A stretch of 64,000 nt of DNA from a virus. Location: positions 1 through 64,000 of the IMG/VR virus record IMGVR_UViG_3300036770_005084; one strand, written 5' to 3'. Both the position numbers and the translations under genes were made by a program. The notes under the pieces were generated by a model. It did no database searches and was not told the origin of the DNA. It worked only from the letters and a program-made list of their open reading frames with translations. The stretch's first letter is position 1. The number at the start of each line of letters is the position of its first letter. Positions 14,299 to 25,282 of this stretch are shown here, one piece after another.

Positions 14299-17200
14299 AT
14301 GAACTCAGATAAAAAGTCAGTAAAAATTAGTGATATTATTGAATCTCAGATTCCAGAAGCAATAGCATCTGATAATCCACTATTTTCAGAGTTTCTGTCC
14401 CAATATTATAAATCTACTGAATATCAAGGTGCTCCCATTGACATTGTAGAAAATCTTACTCAGTATAAAAATGTAGATAGTTTTGATGCAAAGAATCTTA
14501 TAAAATCAACAAAACTGACAAAAGCAGTTTTAGTGTCAGATGATGATGATAATATTCACGTAGAGTCTACTTTAGGATGGCCTAGTGAATATGGATTGTT
14601 AAAAATTGATGATGAAATTATTACATATACTGGTATTACAACAAATACATTTACTGGTTGTATTCGAGGATTTAGTGGAATAGAGTCATTATCTGATGAT
14701 GAAAATCCCGGATATTTAAAATTTTCGTCATCAGAATATGCAGAACATTTGAATGGAAGTGAAGTATTCAATTTAAGCAATCTATTTTTAATAGAGTTGT
14801 TTGAAAAGACAAAATATCAATTTACTCCAGGATTTGAAGAACTTGATTTTGATTCGAAAATTAACAATCAAAATTTTATAAGCAATGCAAGATCTTTTTA
14901 CCAATCAAAAGGATCAAAAGAAGCATTTGATATTTTATTTAAAGTTTTATATGGAGAATCTCCACAAATATTAATACCAAGTGAAAGATTATTTACACCA
15001 TCTGATGATAAATGGATTGTTGTTGAAAGATTTATTGTTGAATTAGTAGAAGGAGATATTAATACTATTATCGGTCAGACCTTATATCAAGATGAGAATG
15101 AATCAAAAACCATTTTACCTGCAAATGGATCAATATACAGAGCATCTAAATTGCCATCTGGAGATAATTTATATTCAATAGATATCTTTTCTGGATATTC
15201 AAATAACTTAAATCCAAAAGGTGCTATCTATGGGGAATTTGTACCTACATCAAAAACATATTGTACACAAGAAATAAAAACCTCTAGTAATTCAATTACA
15301 GTTGTTTCTACCATTGGATTTGAACAATCTGGTTCATTAATAATTAATGGAATAGAAATAAAGTATGAAGATAAGACAAATACAGAATTTTTAAATTGCA
15401 CTGGCATAACAGAAGATATTAAGTATGGAGATATAATTTATACTAATAACTATGCTTATGCATATTCAAACAATTCTATAGATTCAATTGTAAAGGTAAG
15501 AATTTTAAATACTTTGTCTGATATAGATTTTTCCGATGAATATTTAATGCTTCCTGGAGATAATTTAAAAATTAGAAGTTTAGGAAACTCTAACACAAAT
15601 AGTTTTACAAAATCTCTATTATATAATGTTCCATCAATAATTTTTGTTGGAGAAGTTGTAGATGGCCTTTCACCAAAATCTTATGGAGTTGATAGGAACA
15701 ATGGTCAAGTAAGAACTAAATATCCACACTATCTCAAAAATAATGATTTAGTTGAAATTTATAGTGTAACTGAAAACAAGAAACTTGCAGAATCTTTAGT
15801 TTCAAATGTTTCAGAAATTACATTTACTATTAGTTTTGCAAATAATTTAAAACTAAATCATATAATTAAACTTAGAAGAATCCCAATAAAATCATCTTCT
15901 ACAAAATATTCATCAATAGATAAAAAATTTAATGTGAATATCCAGGATAGTTTTGAAGATCTGGATTACAATTATATTGCAGCAAATGGATTTCCAAATT
16001 TAAGTTTAAATCCAATTATAAAAGAATCTAAATTTATTATTTCCAATTCTATTACAGACACTTTAACAGCAAATCATAAGTTTTTAACTGGAGATCAGGT
16101 AACTGTAGAAGATTATAATGTAGAGTTTGTAAATCAACCAGGATTTACAAACAAATTAGGAATAACTACAGGATCGACTTATTTTGTAAAAAGAATTGAT
16201 AATACTAACATAAAACTTGCAGAATCTAGAATAAATTTAAAAAATGGAATATATATTGACTTTAAAGAATATGTAGATGAATTTTCAACTACAATTTCGG
16301 GATTTGTAAAAGAAATAACTCTGATTGATTCAAAATTATACAATAATGAATTTACAACAACTAAATTATTTAAAAAAATACCAAAAAATCCAAAATACGC
16401 AGAGAAAAAAGTAAAAACTTCCTCTGGTGCAGTAGGAATTTTTATAAATGGTGTTGAAATACAAAGTTATAAATCATTTGATAAATTATATAATGGTACT
16501 ATTGAATCTATAGATGTTTTAAATGGTGGAAATGATTATGATCTATTAAATCCTCCAAAATTTAGTGTGAATTATGTTTATAATAATCTACATTCATTTG
16601 TCCCGGAGATAGTTGGTGAGTTAAAATCTCTTGAGGTTAAAGATTCAGGATTTGATTACTTAGAAACTCCAACAATTTCTGTACTTGGTGGAAATTCCAC
16701 AGAGACAATTGTTGAAGTTAAAATGAAAAGGATTAGAAATGAAGTTGAATTTAATGCAGCAGATCCACAATCAGTTGTAACTCTTGACGAAGTTAATAAA
16801 TTTGTATTTGAAGATAACCATAAAATGAAAGTTGGAGATGCTGTAATCTATTACACTTATGGCAACTCTCCTATTGGAATTGGAACAGAAATTGCTGATG
16901 GGTTTTTAATTGACAATTCTGTGTATTACATAACAAATGTAGGAGCAGGAACATCATTTGAAATTGCGTCTACATATGAAGATGCTGTTACTGGACAAAA
17001 TATCATCAATTTAAGAACTAGAGGAAATGGATTGCAAAAATTTATTTCTGTGGATTATGTAAATGTGGTAGATGAAGCAAATATAGTAAAATCAAGTCCT
17101 TTTAGATATAAGAGTATTGCTTTTACATCAGATAATATTAATCCATATGATAATATTATTGAATATGAAAATCATGGATTTTTGGATGGGGAAGAAGTCA

Positions 17201-20200
17201 TTTATTCTCAATCTGGAGGATCAGCAATTTTAGATGATCAAACATATTATTATATTGTTAAAATTGATGATTCTAAATTTAGAGTATCTACAGAAAAGGA
17301 TGGATCTTCTTTAGTTTCATTTTTAGGATCTGGTTCAGACACAGTTCATTATATTTCATATTCTCCAATAAGAATAGAAATACGTGGAAAGGTAACTGAA
17401 TATGGAATTTCAAATATTGGGTATTCTGCCCAGATAGAACCTATAGTTAGAGGATCTATTGTAAGTGTTATCCCGGTTGTTACTGCAAATTACTCTTCTA
17501 ATATTTTAAATTATGAGAATTCTCCAATAATTAATACTCTGAAAGGGGAAAATGCTGCCATAGGACCAATTATAACTGATGGAAGTATATCTAGAGTTGT
17601 CATATTCAATGGAGGAAAGAATTATTATAATTCTTTAGAGATAAAAGTTACTGGAATTGGATATGGTGCTAAATTATTACCAGTAGTGCAAGATGGCATA
17701 CTGGTAGATGTTAAAGTAATAAGTCCTGGAATTGGGTACGATAATTTTACTACACTAACTCTAGTTGAAATTGGAAGTGGTGCTTCATTTAAAGCAAACT
17801 TAAAGAAATGGACAGTAAATGAGTTATCAAAATATAGCACATCAGAGTTGAATGCTGGAATTCTTTTAGGAGAAAACTATTACCCAAATACAAATAATTA
17901 TGGAATTTATAATTTAAATTCTAATTTTATCAATTTATTTGACATTAAATCAACAGAACATTCTCCAATAATTGGATGGGCATATGATGGATGTCCAATT
18001 TACGGACAATATGGATATAAAAATATAGATGGCAGTGGTGGTATTATTACTATGAAATCTAGTTATAAGAAGGTGAAAACTGCACCATCATTGATAGATT
18101 CTCCAAATATAGATTTCATAGAAGATTACCAATATGTAGAAGGATTGGGGGATCTTGATGAGCATAATGGTAGATATTGCATAACTCCAGAATATCCTGA
18201 TGGGGTATATGCATATTTTGCGACTAATATTTTTCCATTTTTTATTGGGGATACTTACTCATTTGATGTACCTTCGGAAAATTTTGATGCTGATTATAGT
18301 CAAAAACTAAATTTAAATAATTTAAAAGTAGTAAAGCATACTGCACCATATTATACAGAAGATTACGATAATTATTATGACTTTTTTGAATTTAAACCAT
18401 CAAATCAATTTGCCGATCTAATAGTAACTGAAACATCTTCTGGTGGTATAAGTAGACTAGAACTAATTGATTCTGGAAGCAACTATAAAATAGGTGATAA
18501 GATTAAATTTGATAATACTAAAACTGATGGTTTTGGTGCCCTCGGAGAAGTCGTATCTATTTCTGGAGTTTCAGTCAGTAGTATAACAACATATTCCGAA
18601 TCAATTCCTTCTCTTACATTTATTTCAAATGGAAATTTAATTACTGCAATATCTTCAAATGAGATCGCAGTAGAAAATGATAACTTTGTAAGTATAACAT
18701 CTATTTCAGATCCTAAGTACTCAGAGTTACTAGGATTGCAAAAAGCAATAATAATTGATTTTAGAGCAGAATTAAAAGAACCTTTAGAGACAGAGTTTCA
18801 AACTGGAATTACAACCTCAATATCAGTGACTACATCAATTTCAAATTTTAAAATTGGTTATAATTTTAAAATTGAGAATGAAGTGTTTACTGTAATTGGA
18901 TTAGATTATATTAATAATCGTGTAAATGTAAAGAGAGAACCTGGAGGTATTGCATATGGATCTGGGGCATTTATTAAAAATACTAAGAGTGAATTTTCAT
19001 TTGAGATAAAAAATAACTTAGATATTACAACAGATAATGACATTGCTTATTTTTATAGTAGTTCTGTTTCTATTGGAACAGATTCTGGTGTTGGAGTTGG
19101 AAATACTATAGTAATTAATCCACTTGGTCCTGGAAAATCTATATCAAAATATGTAAGGACTGCTGGAATATGGATTCCAAATCACAATTTTAAAACTGGT
19201 GATAAAGTTACATATACTGAAGCAAATAGTACTATAATTGCAGCAGTTAATGGGATTGGATCTCCAACAAACCTATCTGAGTTTTCTTCACTGTACATTG
19301 TTGATTTTGGGTCAGACATTATTGGATTGACAACAGTAAAATCAAATTCATTTAACCAATCAGACCTTTTATATTTTACAAATGAAGGAACTGGAAATTA
19401 TCATAAGTTATCTACCGATAGACAAGTTGTTACAGGATCTGCAGTATATTCTGAAACTATATTATCTACTGAGGATCCACATGGTCTTTCTATTGGAGAT
19501 TTAATAAATGTCAATGTTACTGTTGGATCTGAAGTTGAGTATATTGTTAGTTATAATTCAATAACTAAGAGATTGGTAATAGATTCTGAAAATAATCCAG
19601 AATTATTAGCATATAAAAACCAAACTATTAAATTTAATTTAACCTCAACAACATTATCAAAAACAAAATTCAAACTATATACCGATAGAAATTATATTAA
19701 TGAATATTATGGCAGTGGTTCAGGATTCGATGAAGTATATTACGAAGGTGACTATCTATATCTAAAGATAACAGACACAACACCAGATATTTTATATTAT
19801 AACATAGAATCTACTATTAAAACAGTTTATGAAGATATCTCAGTTAAAAATAACAATACGGTATTAGTTATACCAAGTAATTACAATATAATTTGTGGTG
19901 TAGTAACATATACAGAAAATGACTTCACAGTAAACCTAGAGGCATTACCGGAGTCCAATTCATATATTTCCGATGGAAATACTACTATTTCATATAATGT
20001 AATTAAATCCGATATTTCTGGTCCCGTATATGATGCTAGATTAATTTTAACTGGAAAAAATTATAAAAAACTCCCACCGATTGTTGGAATAGGATCGACC
20101 GGAATTAATTGTGAATTAATACCAGTTTCAGATAATATTGGAAAAATTGAATCTACAAAAATAATATCAAATTCTCCTTTCCCAGCAGATAAGACATTAA

Positions 20201-22533
20201 AACCATATCTAGATATAAATTCAGTATTATATTTGACAGATAATTACAGTGTTGCTGAAATTGAAGTTAATGATCCAGGATCAAATTACTTATCACCACC
20301 AAAGGTAAAATTATATAATGAACTTACAAATACAGTCAATGAGCAGTTTAGTGGTTATTGTAATTTGAAGGGAACTGGAGTTTCTGAAATAATTATCACA
20401 AGTCCAGGTACTGGCATTAAAAAATATGGAAATAAAATTATATTTACTGATAATAATAATGGATTAAGAATTTTAGAAGCATATAGAAATCAAATTTCAG
20501 ATAATGAATATAGAGTATCTTTGAGAGTTGAAACTCCTTCTGTTGGATTTACCACTTCAAATCCACCACCATTTAAAATTGGGGATTTTATTTATGTTGA
20601 AGGAATTCAATCTTTGGGTAGTAATGGATATAATTCTTCTGATTATAACTATAATCTATTTGAAGTATATGATGTTATTGAAAATTTATCTAGTGAAAAT
20701 GAAACTTTAATACGATATAATTTACCAAAGGATCCTGAAGTTCCTTCTATTATTGATTTTGGAGTTGTAGTAAATGCAAAAAATCTTCCAATAGCAAAAC
20801 TGAAATTAAAGGAAAATCTATTCTATTCAGGAGAAAGTATTGGTAATTCTAATATTATAAAAAATGATCTTTACTCAACAAATAGTTTTGTCCTTAGGGT
20901 TAATAATTCCAATGAGATCGAATTAAATTCAAATATTTTCGGAACTAATAGTCTATCAAAAGGAAAGGTAGTCAAAATACATGATTTTAACTCCGGTGCA
21001 AATGTAGATTCTAGTAAAGAGCAAATTTTAGGGAATAAGGAAAATAAAGGAGTTTTATCTGAAACTACACAAAAAATTCAAAATAATGATTATTACCAGA
21101 GATTTTCTTATTCAATTAAGAGTTCTATAGAAAATAGTAAATGGGATCCACCAATATCACAGTTGACTCATATTTCCGGATTTAAAAAATTTGGAGATAT
21201 GCAAATAGAATCTGATCCAAATTCTCCAACATTAACTACTAGTCAAAGTCCTCTTATTAATGTATCTTTAAGTAGTTATGTTGATGCATCTACAATTAAT
21301 AATTTTGATCTTGTTTTGGAAGATGTTGATGATCATGACAATTTATATTCTGAAATTTTAATATTTAATAGTAAAAAATTAACAGATTATGTTATTTCAA
21401 AAGAAAATAGAGTATTGTCTATAGATGATATTGCTTCAGAATTTGATACCGATTTAAAAATTGAAAAAATTCTAGTGGATACTCTACCAACATTTAACGT
21501 TGGTAGTATGATATCAAAATATCTAGTGTTTATAGAATCTACAACTTCATTATATACTGATTATGAATTGCCATTATTGGCAGAAGTTTACATTTCTAGA
21601 AGAGGTAACAATGTAAACTTATCTACATATTCTTATTATGAAGATGTGCCTTTGGGAGTTTTTAATAGTTTAATAAATCCCAGTAATGTAAATGAAGTTT
21701 TGCTAGAATTTATTCCAAGAAATATTAATAATATTCATTCAGCAAGAACAATTTCTGATCTAGTTCCATTATCTGGAATTACAACTACAGCATATGGTAA
21801 TACCAAATATATTGGAATAGCAACTAATTATAGTAGTCAGTCAGTACCAACACAAAAAACAATATTAATTTCATCATTAAGTGAATGTAAATCTGGAAAT
21901 ATATTTGTTGGAATATCAACTACTGAAAATATAATCCAAGAATTCTATGAGATGTCTTTTGTATATCGAAATAATAATTTTGTTACATCTATTTATTCGG
22001 AAAATGTTTTAGTAGATTTGGGTGAGGTTGGTATATCAACTTTAAATACAGGGAATGTTTATTTGACTTATAATGGCATTCCAAATATACCAGCATATCT
22101 ATATGTTGGTGTGTCCATGTTAGTTAATACCAAAACTAATCCATCAGAAATAATTTTAGATTATGGTAAGTTAAATAGTTCTCGAATACAGTTTACAGCA
22201 ACTACAAATGATCCTGTAGGCATATCGACAATATCAAAAGAATATGCAGCATCTAAACATGTCCTAGAAATAAACAAAACTATTGGTTCTACCACAAAAA
22301 GAACTATTGTTCAAATAAACTCAGTACATTATGATATCATACCACAAATTGAAAAGTATTTAAATAATATTACATACAACTTTATAGGTGAATTTGATGA
22401 TATAGATTTTAAAACTTTTTATGATGTGAATAGTGGACAATATACGTTGGCATTTGTACCAAACGATTTAGCAACTTATGATATAAAGTTTTATGAAAAA
22501 CATATATTAAGATCCACAAACCCATTATTGTAA
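14299..22533 (+). CDS. gp7: Large baseplate wedge initiator (gp7-like), N-terminal part, with a YHYH-like domain
   Basis: Located between gp6 and gp8; FYQSKGS, HSPIIGWAYDGCPIYG, DLDEHNGRYCITPEYPDG, YYQRFSYSIKS. Confidence 0.8.
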   Translation: MNSDKKSVKISDIIESQIPEAIASDNPLFSEFLSQYYKSTEYQGAPIDIVENLTQYKNVDSFDAKNLIKSTKLTKAVLVSDDDDNIHVESTLGWPSEYGLLKIDDEIITYTGITTNTFTGCIRGFSGIESLSDDENPGYLKFSSSEYAEHLNGSEVFNLSNLFLIELFEKTKYQFTPGFEELDFDSKINNQNFISNARSFYQSKGSKEAFDILFKVLYGESPQILIPSERLFTPSDDKWIVVERFIVELVEGDINTIIGQTLYQDENESKTILPANGSIYRASKLPSGDNLYSIDIFSGYSNNLNPKGAIYGEFVPTSKTYCTQEIKTSSNSITVVSTIGFEQSGSLIINGIEIKYEDKTNTEFLNCTGITEDIKYGDIIYTNNYAYAYSNNSIDSIVKVRILNTLSDIDFSDEYLMLPGDNLKIRSLGNSNTNSFTKSLLYNVPSIIFVGEVVDGLSPKSYGVDRNNGQVRTKYPHYLKNNDLVEIYSVTENKKLAESLVSNVSEITFTISFANNLKLNHIIKLRRIPIKSSSTKYSSIDKKFNVNIQDSFEDLDYNYIAANGFPNLSLNPIIKESKFIISNSITDTLTANHKFLTGDQVTVEDYNVEFVNQPGFTNKLGITTGSTYFVKRIDNTNIKLAESRINLKNGIYIDFKEYVDEFSTTISGFVKEITLIDSKLYNNEFTTTKLFKKIPKNPKYAEKKVKTSSGAVGIFINGVEIQSYKSFDKLYNGTIESIDVLNGGNDYDLLNPPKFSVNYVYNNLHSFVPEIVGELKSLEVKDSGFDYLETPTISVLGGNSTETIVEVKMKRIRNEVEFNAADPQSVVTLDEVNKFVFEDNHKMKVGDAVIYYTYGNSPIGIGTEIADGFLIDNSVYYITNVGAGTSFEIASTYEDAVTGQNIINLRTRGNGLQKFISVDYVNVVDEANIVKSSPFRYKSIAFTSDNINPYDNIIEYENHGFLDGEEVIYSQSGGSAILDDQTYYYIVKIDDSKFRVSTEKDGSSLVSFLGSGSDTVHYISYSPIRIEIRGKVTEYGISNIGYSAQIEPIVRGSIVSVIPVVTANYSSNILNYENSPIINTLKGENAAIGPIITDGSISRVVIFNGGKNYYNSLEIKVTGIGYGAKLLPVVQDGILVDVKVISPGIGYDNFTTLTLVEIGSGASFKANLKKWTVNELSKYSTSELNAGILLGENYYPNTNNYGIYNLNSNFINLFDIKSTEHSPIIGWAYDGCPIYGQYGYKNIDGSGGIITMKSSYKKVKTAPSLIDSPNIDFIEDYQYVEGLGDLDEHNGRYCITPEYPDGVYAYFATNIFPFFIGDTYSFDVPSENFDADYSQKLNLNNLKVVKHTAPYYTEDYDNYYDFFEFKPSNQFADLIVTETSSGGISRLELIDSGSNYKIGDKIKFDNTKTDGFGALGEVVSISGVSVSSITTYSESIPSLTFISNGNLITAISSNEIAVENDNFVSITSISDPKYSELLGLQKAIIIDFRAELKEPLETEFQTGITTSISVTTSISNFKIGYNFKIENEVFTVIGLDYINNRVNVKREPGGIAYGSGAFIKNTKSEFSFEIKNNLDITTDNDIAYFYSSSVSIGTDSGVGVGNTIVINPLGPGKSISKYVRTAGIWIPNHNFKTGDKVTYTEANSTIIAAVNGIGSPTNLSEFSSLYIVDFGSDIIGLTTVKSNSFNQSDLLYFTNEGTGNYHKLSTDRQVVTGSAVYSETILSTEDPHGLSIGDLINVNVTVGSEVEYIVSYNSITKRLVIDSENNPELLAYKNQTIKFNLTSTTLSKTKFKLYTDRNYINEYYGSGSGFDEVYYEGDYLYLKITDTTPDILYYNIESTIKTVYEDISVKNNNTVLVIPSNYNIICGVVTYTENDFTVNLEALPESNSYISDGNTTISYNVIKSDISGPVYDARLILTGKNYKKLPPIVGIGSTGINCELIPVSDNIGKIESTKIISNSPFPADKTLKPYLDINSVLYLTDNYSVAEIEVNDPGSNYLSPPKVKLYNELTNTVNEQFSGYCNLKGTGVSEIIITSPGTGIKKYGNKIIFTDNNNGLRILEAYRNQISDNEYRVSLRVETPSVGFTTSNPPPFKIGDFIYVEGIQSLGSNGYNSSDYNYNLFEVYDVIENLSSENETLIRYNLPKDPEVPSIIDFGVVVNAKNLPIAKLKLKENLFYSGESIGNSNIIKNDLYSTNSFVLRVNNSNEIELNSNIFGTNSLSKGKVVKIHDFNSGANVDSSKEQILGNKENKGVLSETTQKIQNNDYYQRFSYSIKSSIENSKWDPPISQLTHISGFKKFGDMQIESDPNSPTLTTSQSPLINVSLSSYVDASTINNFDLVLEDVDDHDNLYSEILIFNSKKLTDYVISKENRVLSIDDIASEFDTDLKIEKILVDTLPTFNVGSMISKYLVFIESTTSLYTDYELPLLAEVYISRRGNNVNLSTYSYYEDVPLGVFNSLINPSNVNEVLLEFIPRNINNIHSARTISDLVPLSGITTTAYGNTKYIGIATNYSSQSVPTQKTILISSLSECKSGNIFVGISTTENIIQEFYEMSFVYRNNNFVTSIYSENVLVDLGEVGISTLNTGNVYLTYNGIPNIPAYLYVGVSMLVNTKTNPSEIILDYGKLNSSRIQFTATTNDPVGISTISKEYAASKHVLEINKTIGSTTKRTIVQINSVHYDIIPQIEKYLNNITYNFIGEFDDIDFKTFYDVNSGQYTLAFVPNDLATYDIKFYEKHILRSTNPLL

Positions 22534-22539
22534 TATAAA

Positions 22540-25254
22540 ATGTCATCAAATTCTACTAATTCTACTTATGTACCTACTACTTTTGGTACAAATACTTTTA
22601 AACTTTTACATAAAGGGGATTCTATTTTTCGTAAAGAATTTAATCCCTCTAAAGTGGGTGTTGTCAATATAGTAGATGACACTATTAGTATTAAAAATCA
22701 TTTTTTTAAGACTGGTGAGATTTTAAAATATTCCTTAGAAAGGGGTGGAGAAAAAATAGGAATATCTACTACTAGTCCAGGAAATAGTTTGTCAACATCT
22801 TTCTTACCGGATGATGTTTATGCTGTAGTTGTAGATGAAAATAAACTAAAATTTGCATTTACTGAAAATTTAGCATATGCAAACTCTACTATAGATATTG
22901 TTTCTGTTGGTATTGGGACAATACATGAATTTAAAGCAGATAAGGAAAATGCTAAGAGTTTAATTATATTGGATAATATAATTCAATCTCCAGTATCTGT
23001 AGCAGGAACAACTGGTGTGGAAAGTATAATATCAGCAACAAAATTAAGATTGGATTCTGTAAAAAATATTAGACCTGGAACAATTTTAAAAATAGATGGA
23101 GAATATACAAAAGTAATTAAAATTGAGTATGATGGGAATACTGGTATTGGTGGAACTGTAAATTTATTGCGAGGAATATCAATTTTAGGATCTCCTCCAG
23201 TTGAATTTACAACCAACACAAAATTAGCATACATTATGGAAGGTCAGTACAATATAGTAGGAGATAAAGTTTATTTTACCGAATCACCTTTTGAAGGAAT
23301 TAAATTAAATTTTACAGTAGAAACTAATGATATTAATTATATTAGTGAATCTGTAGATATTTTTACAAATTCAATAAGAACGGGAAGTTTACTTATATTA
23401 AATTCAGGCAACCCTCCTAGAGGACTAGATCAAAAAAATTTTTATTATGCAATAAAAAACTATGAAAATAACTTTAGTTTTGCGTTAACATACCAAGATG
23501 CTATTAATAAAATCAAAGTTCCATTTGAAAATATTGGAGGATATGATTTTTCAATTCCCGTTGATAAATTAAATATTACTTTATTGAACTATTCTGAAGG
23601 AACTAGTTTTGAAGGAAGGGTGTTTTTAAAATCAAATTATGATGGAAATGCTGTATATGACGATATTAGCAATCAATTCACAGGAATTGCAAGTTCATTT
23701 GAATTAAAGCAATCTGGAATATCTACAGTGGGAATCAAGAGTGATAATGGTATTATTTTAGTTAATAATATTTTTCAATATCCAGGATCAGATGAAGCAT
23801 TTTATTATGATGAAGTTGGAGGTTCAACTAACTTATATTTCATAGGAAATGGAGATGCATCAGTTTTACCAAAAGATTATGATGTAAATTTAAAGGGATA
23901 TCCTAGAGGGGGAATGATTATTTCCTATTCAATTACTGGTGGATATAATTATCAACCACTTAGACCTGCAGAATTAGGAATTTCTGGTGTATTGAACTTT
24001 GATTCTAATAACGATTACATATCAAATGATAATATTCAAATCCTATATTCAGGATCTGGTTATAGAGATGTTGTAGGTTATTCTGTCTCAGTATATTTTG
24101 TTGATGAATTTGGAGACAAATTATCTGGATATGGAACTGCAACCATCAGTGATGGAAAAATTTCTAGTGTTAATATATTGCAAGATTGTGTTTATGATAA
24201 AAATTCTGCAGTACCATTAATTATTATATCAGATCCATTAAACTATGAAAATGAATATGTTTCTAGTACAGGAGTTGGAACAGGAGCAAGAGTTTCATTT
24301 AATATTAATGATGACGGAAGTATTGCAGATTTTCAATTTACTAATTTTGGGTATTCTTATGAGGACGGTGATATATTAACAATACCATCCATTCTTGGTA
24401 ATTTAAGTCAAACTTCAGAAGAACAAATCGAAATAAAAATACTTTCCGTTGGAAAAGATAGTTTTTCATCTTGGAACATTGGAACTTTAGAGAAATTAGA
24501 TGATTTAAGTAGTTTATCAAATGGTATTAGAAAATCATTTACTTTATCTAAAGATGGGGATATTGTAAGTTTGGAGACTAAGTATGGTTCGAATATAGAT
24601 TTGGCTTACAATTTGCTAATATTTGTTAATGATGTACTACAAGTTCCAAATGAATCATATTTCTTTAATGGTGGTACACAGATATTATTTTCAGAGGCAC
24701 CAACATCAAATAGTAATATAAAGGTATATTTTTATTCTGGGTATACTGGAGATACTGAGTTTTTTGATATTGATAGTCCAATAGAAATTGGAGATAATGT
24801 ATTAGTAAAGAAAAATTATGAGAAAAATCCACAAACACAAATAAAACGTACAGTAAGAAGACTTCTTGCCTCCGATAGATTAAAAACAGAGTTATATAAA
24901 GATAGTGGATTATCATATGATTCAAGTACATATAGACCTTTAGATTTAATTCCACAAAAAGAAGATTTGGTTATTTTTGGAGAATATGTAAGCAAATCTA
25001 GGGAAAGTCTAAGCACAAAAATAACTAAATTCCAAAACGTATATTCTGGAATTGCTACTTTTGTTGGTGTTGGTACTGATTATGCCACTATTAATGGTTC
25101 TGGTAGTGTTTTAGTGGGAGATTACATAGATACCGAATATACAGATGGTTATAAAGTAATCGAAGTTTTACCCAATAAAGTTAGATTTGACAGACCATCA
25201 AATCTAACTTTCATATCGACAATTGCAAACTCTTCAATATGGAGAAAAATTTAA
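22540..25254 (+). CDS. Baseplate structural protein, apparent C-terminal part of the gp7-like protein
   Basis: In frame with the preceding ORF; NLLIFVNDVLQVP and FSEAP repeats typical of cyanophage baseplate giants. Confidence 0.75.
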   Translation: MSSNSTNSTYVPTTFGTNTFKLLHKGDSIFRKEFNPSKVGVVNIVDDTISIKNHFFKTGEILKYSLERGGEKIGISTTSPGNSLSTSFLPDDVYAVVVDENKLKFAFTENLAYANSTIDIVSVGIGTIHEFKADKENAKSLIILDNIIQSPVSVAGTTGVESIISATKLRLDSVKNIRPGTILKIDGEYTKVIKIEYDGNTGIGGTVNLLRGISILGSPPVEFTTNTKLAYIMEGQYNIVGDKVYFTESPFEGIKLNFTVETNDINYISESVDIFTNSIRTGSLLILNSGNPPRGLDQKNFYYAIKNYENNFSFALTYQDAINKIKVPFENIGGYDFSIPVDKLNITLLNYSEGTSFEGRVFLKSNYDGNAVYDDISNQFTGIASSFELKQSGISTVGIKSDNGIILVNNIFQYPGSDEAFYYDEVGGSTNLYFIGNGDASVLPKDYDVNLKGYPRGGMIISYSITGGYNYQPLRPAELGISGVLNFDSNNDYISNDNIQILYSGSGYRDVVGYSVSVYFVDEFGDKLSGYGTATISDGKISSVNILQDCVYDKNSAVPLIIISDPLNYENEYVSSTGVGTGARVSFNINDDGSIADFQFTNFGYSYEDGDILTIPSILGNLSQTSEEQIEIKILSVGKDSFSSWNIGTLEKLDDLSSLSNGIRKSFTLSKDGDIVSLETKYGSNIDLAYNLLIFVNDVLQVPNESYFFNGGTQILFSEAPTSNSNIKVYFYSGYTGDTEFFDIDSPIEIGDNVLVKKNYEKNPQTQIKRTVRRLLASDRLKTELYKDSGLSYDSSTYRPLDLIPQKEDLVIFGEYVSKSRESLSTKITKFQNVYSGIATFVGVGTDYATINGSGSVLVGDYIDTEYTDGYKVIEVLPNKVRFDRPSNLTFISTIANSSIWRKI

Positions 25255-25282
25255 CTAAATAAGGTAAAAGAGTATTTTAAAG

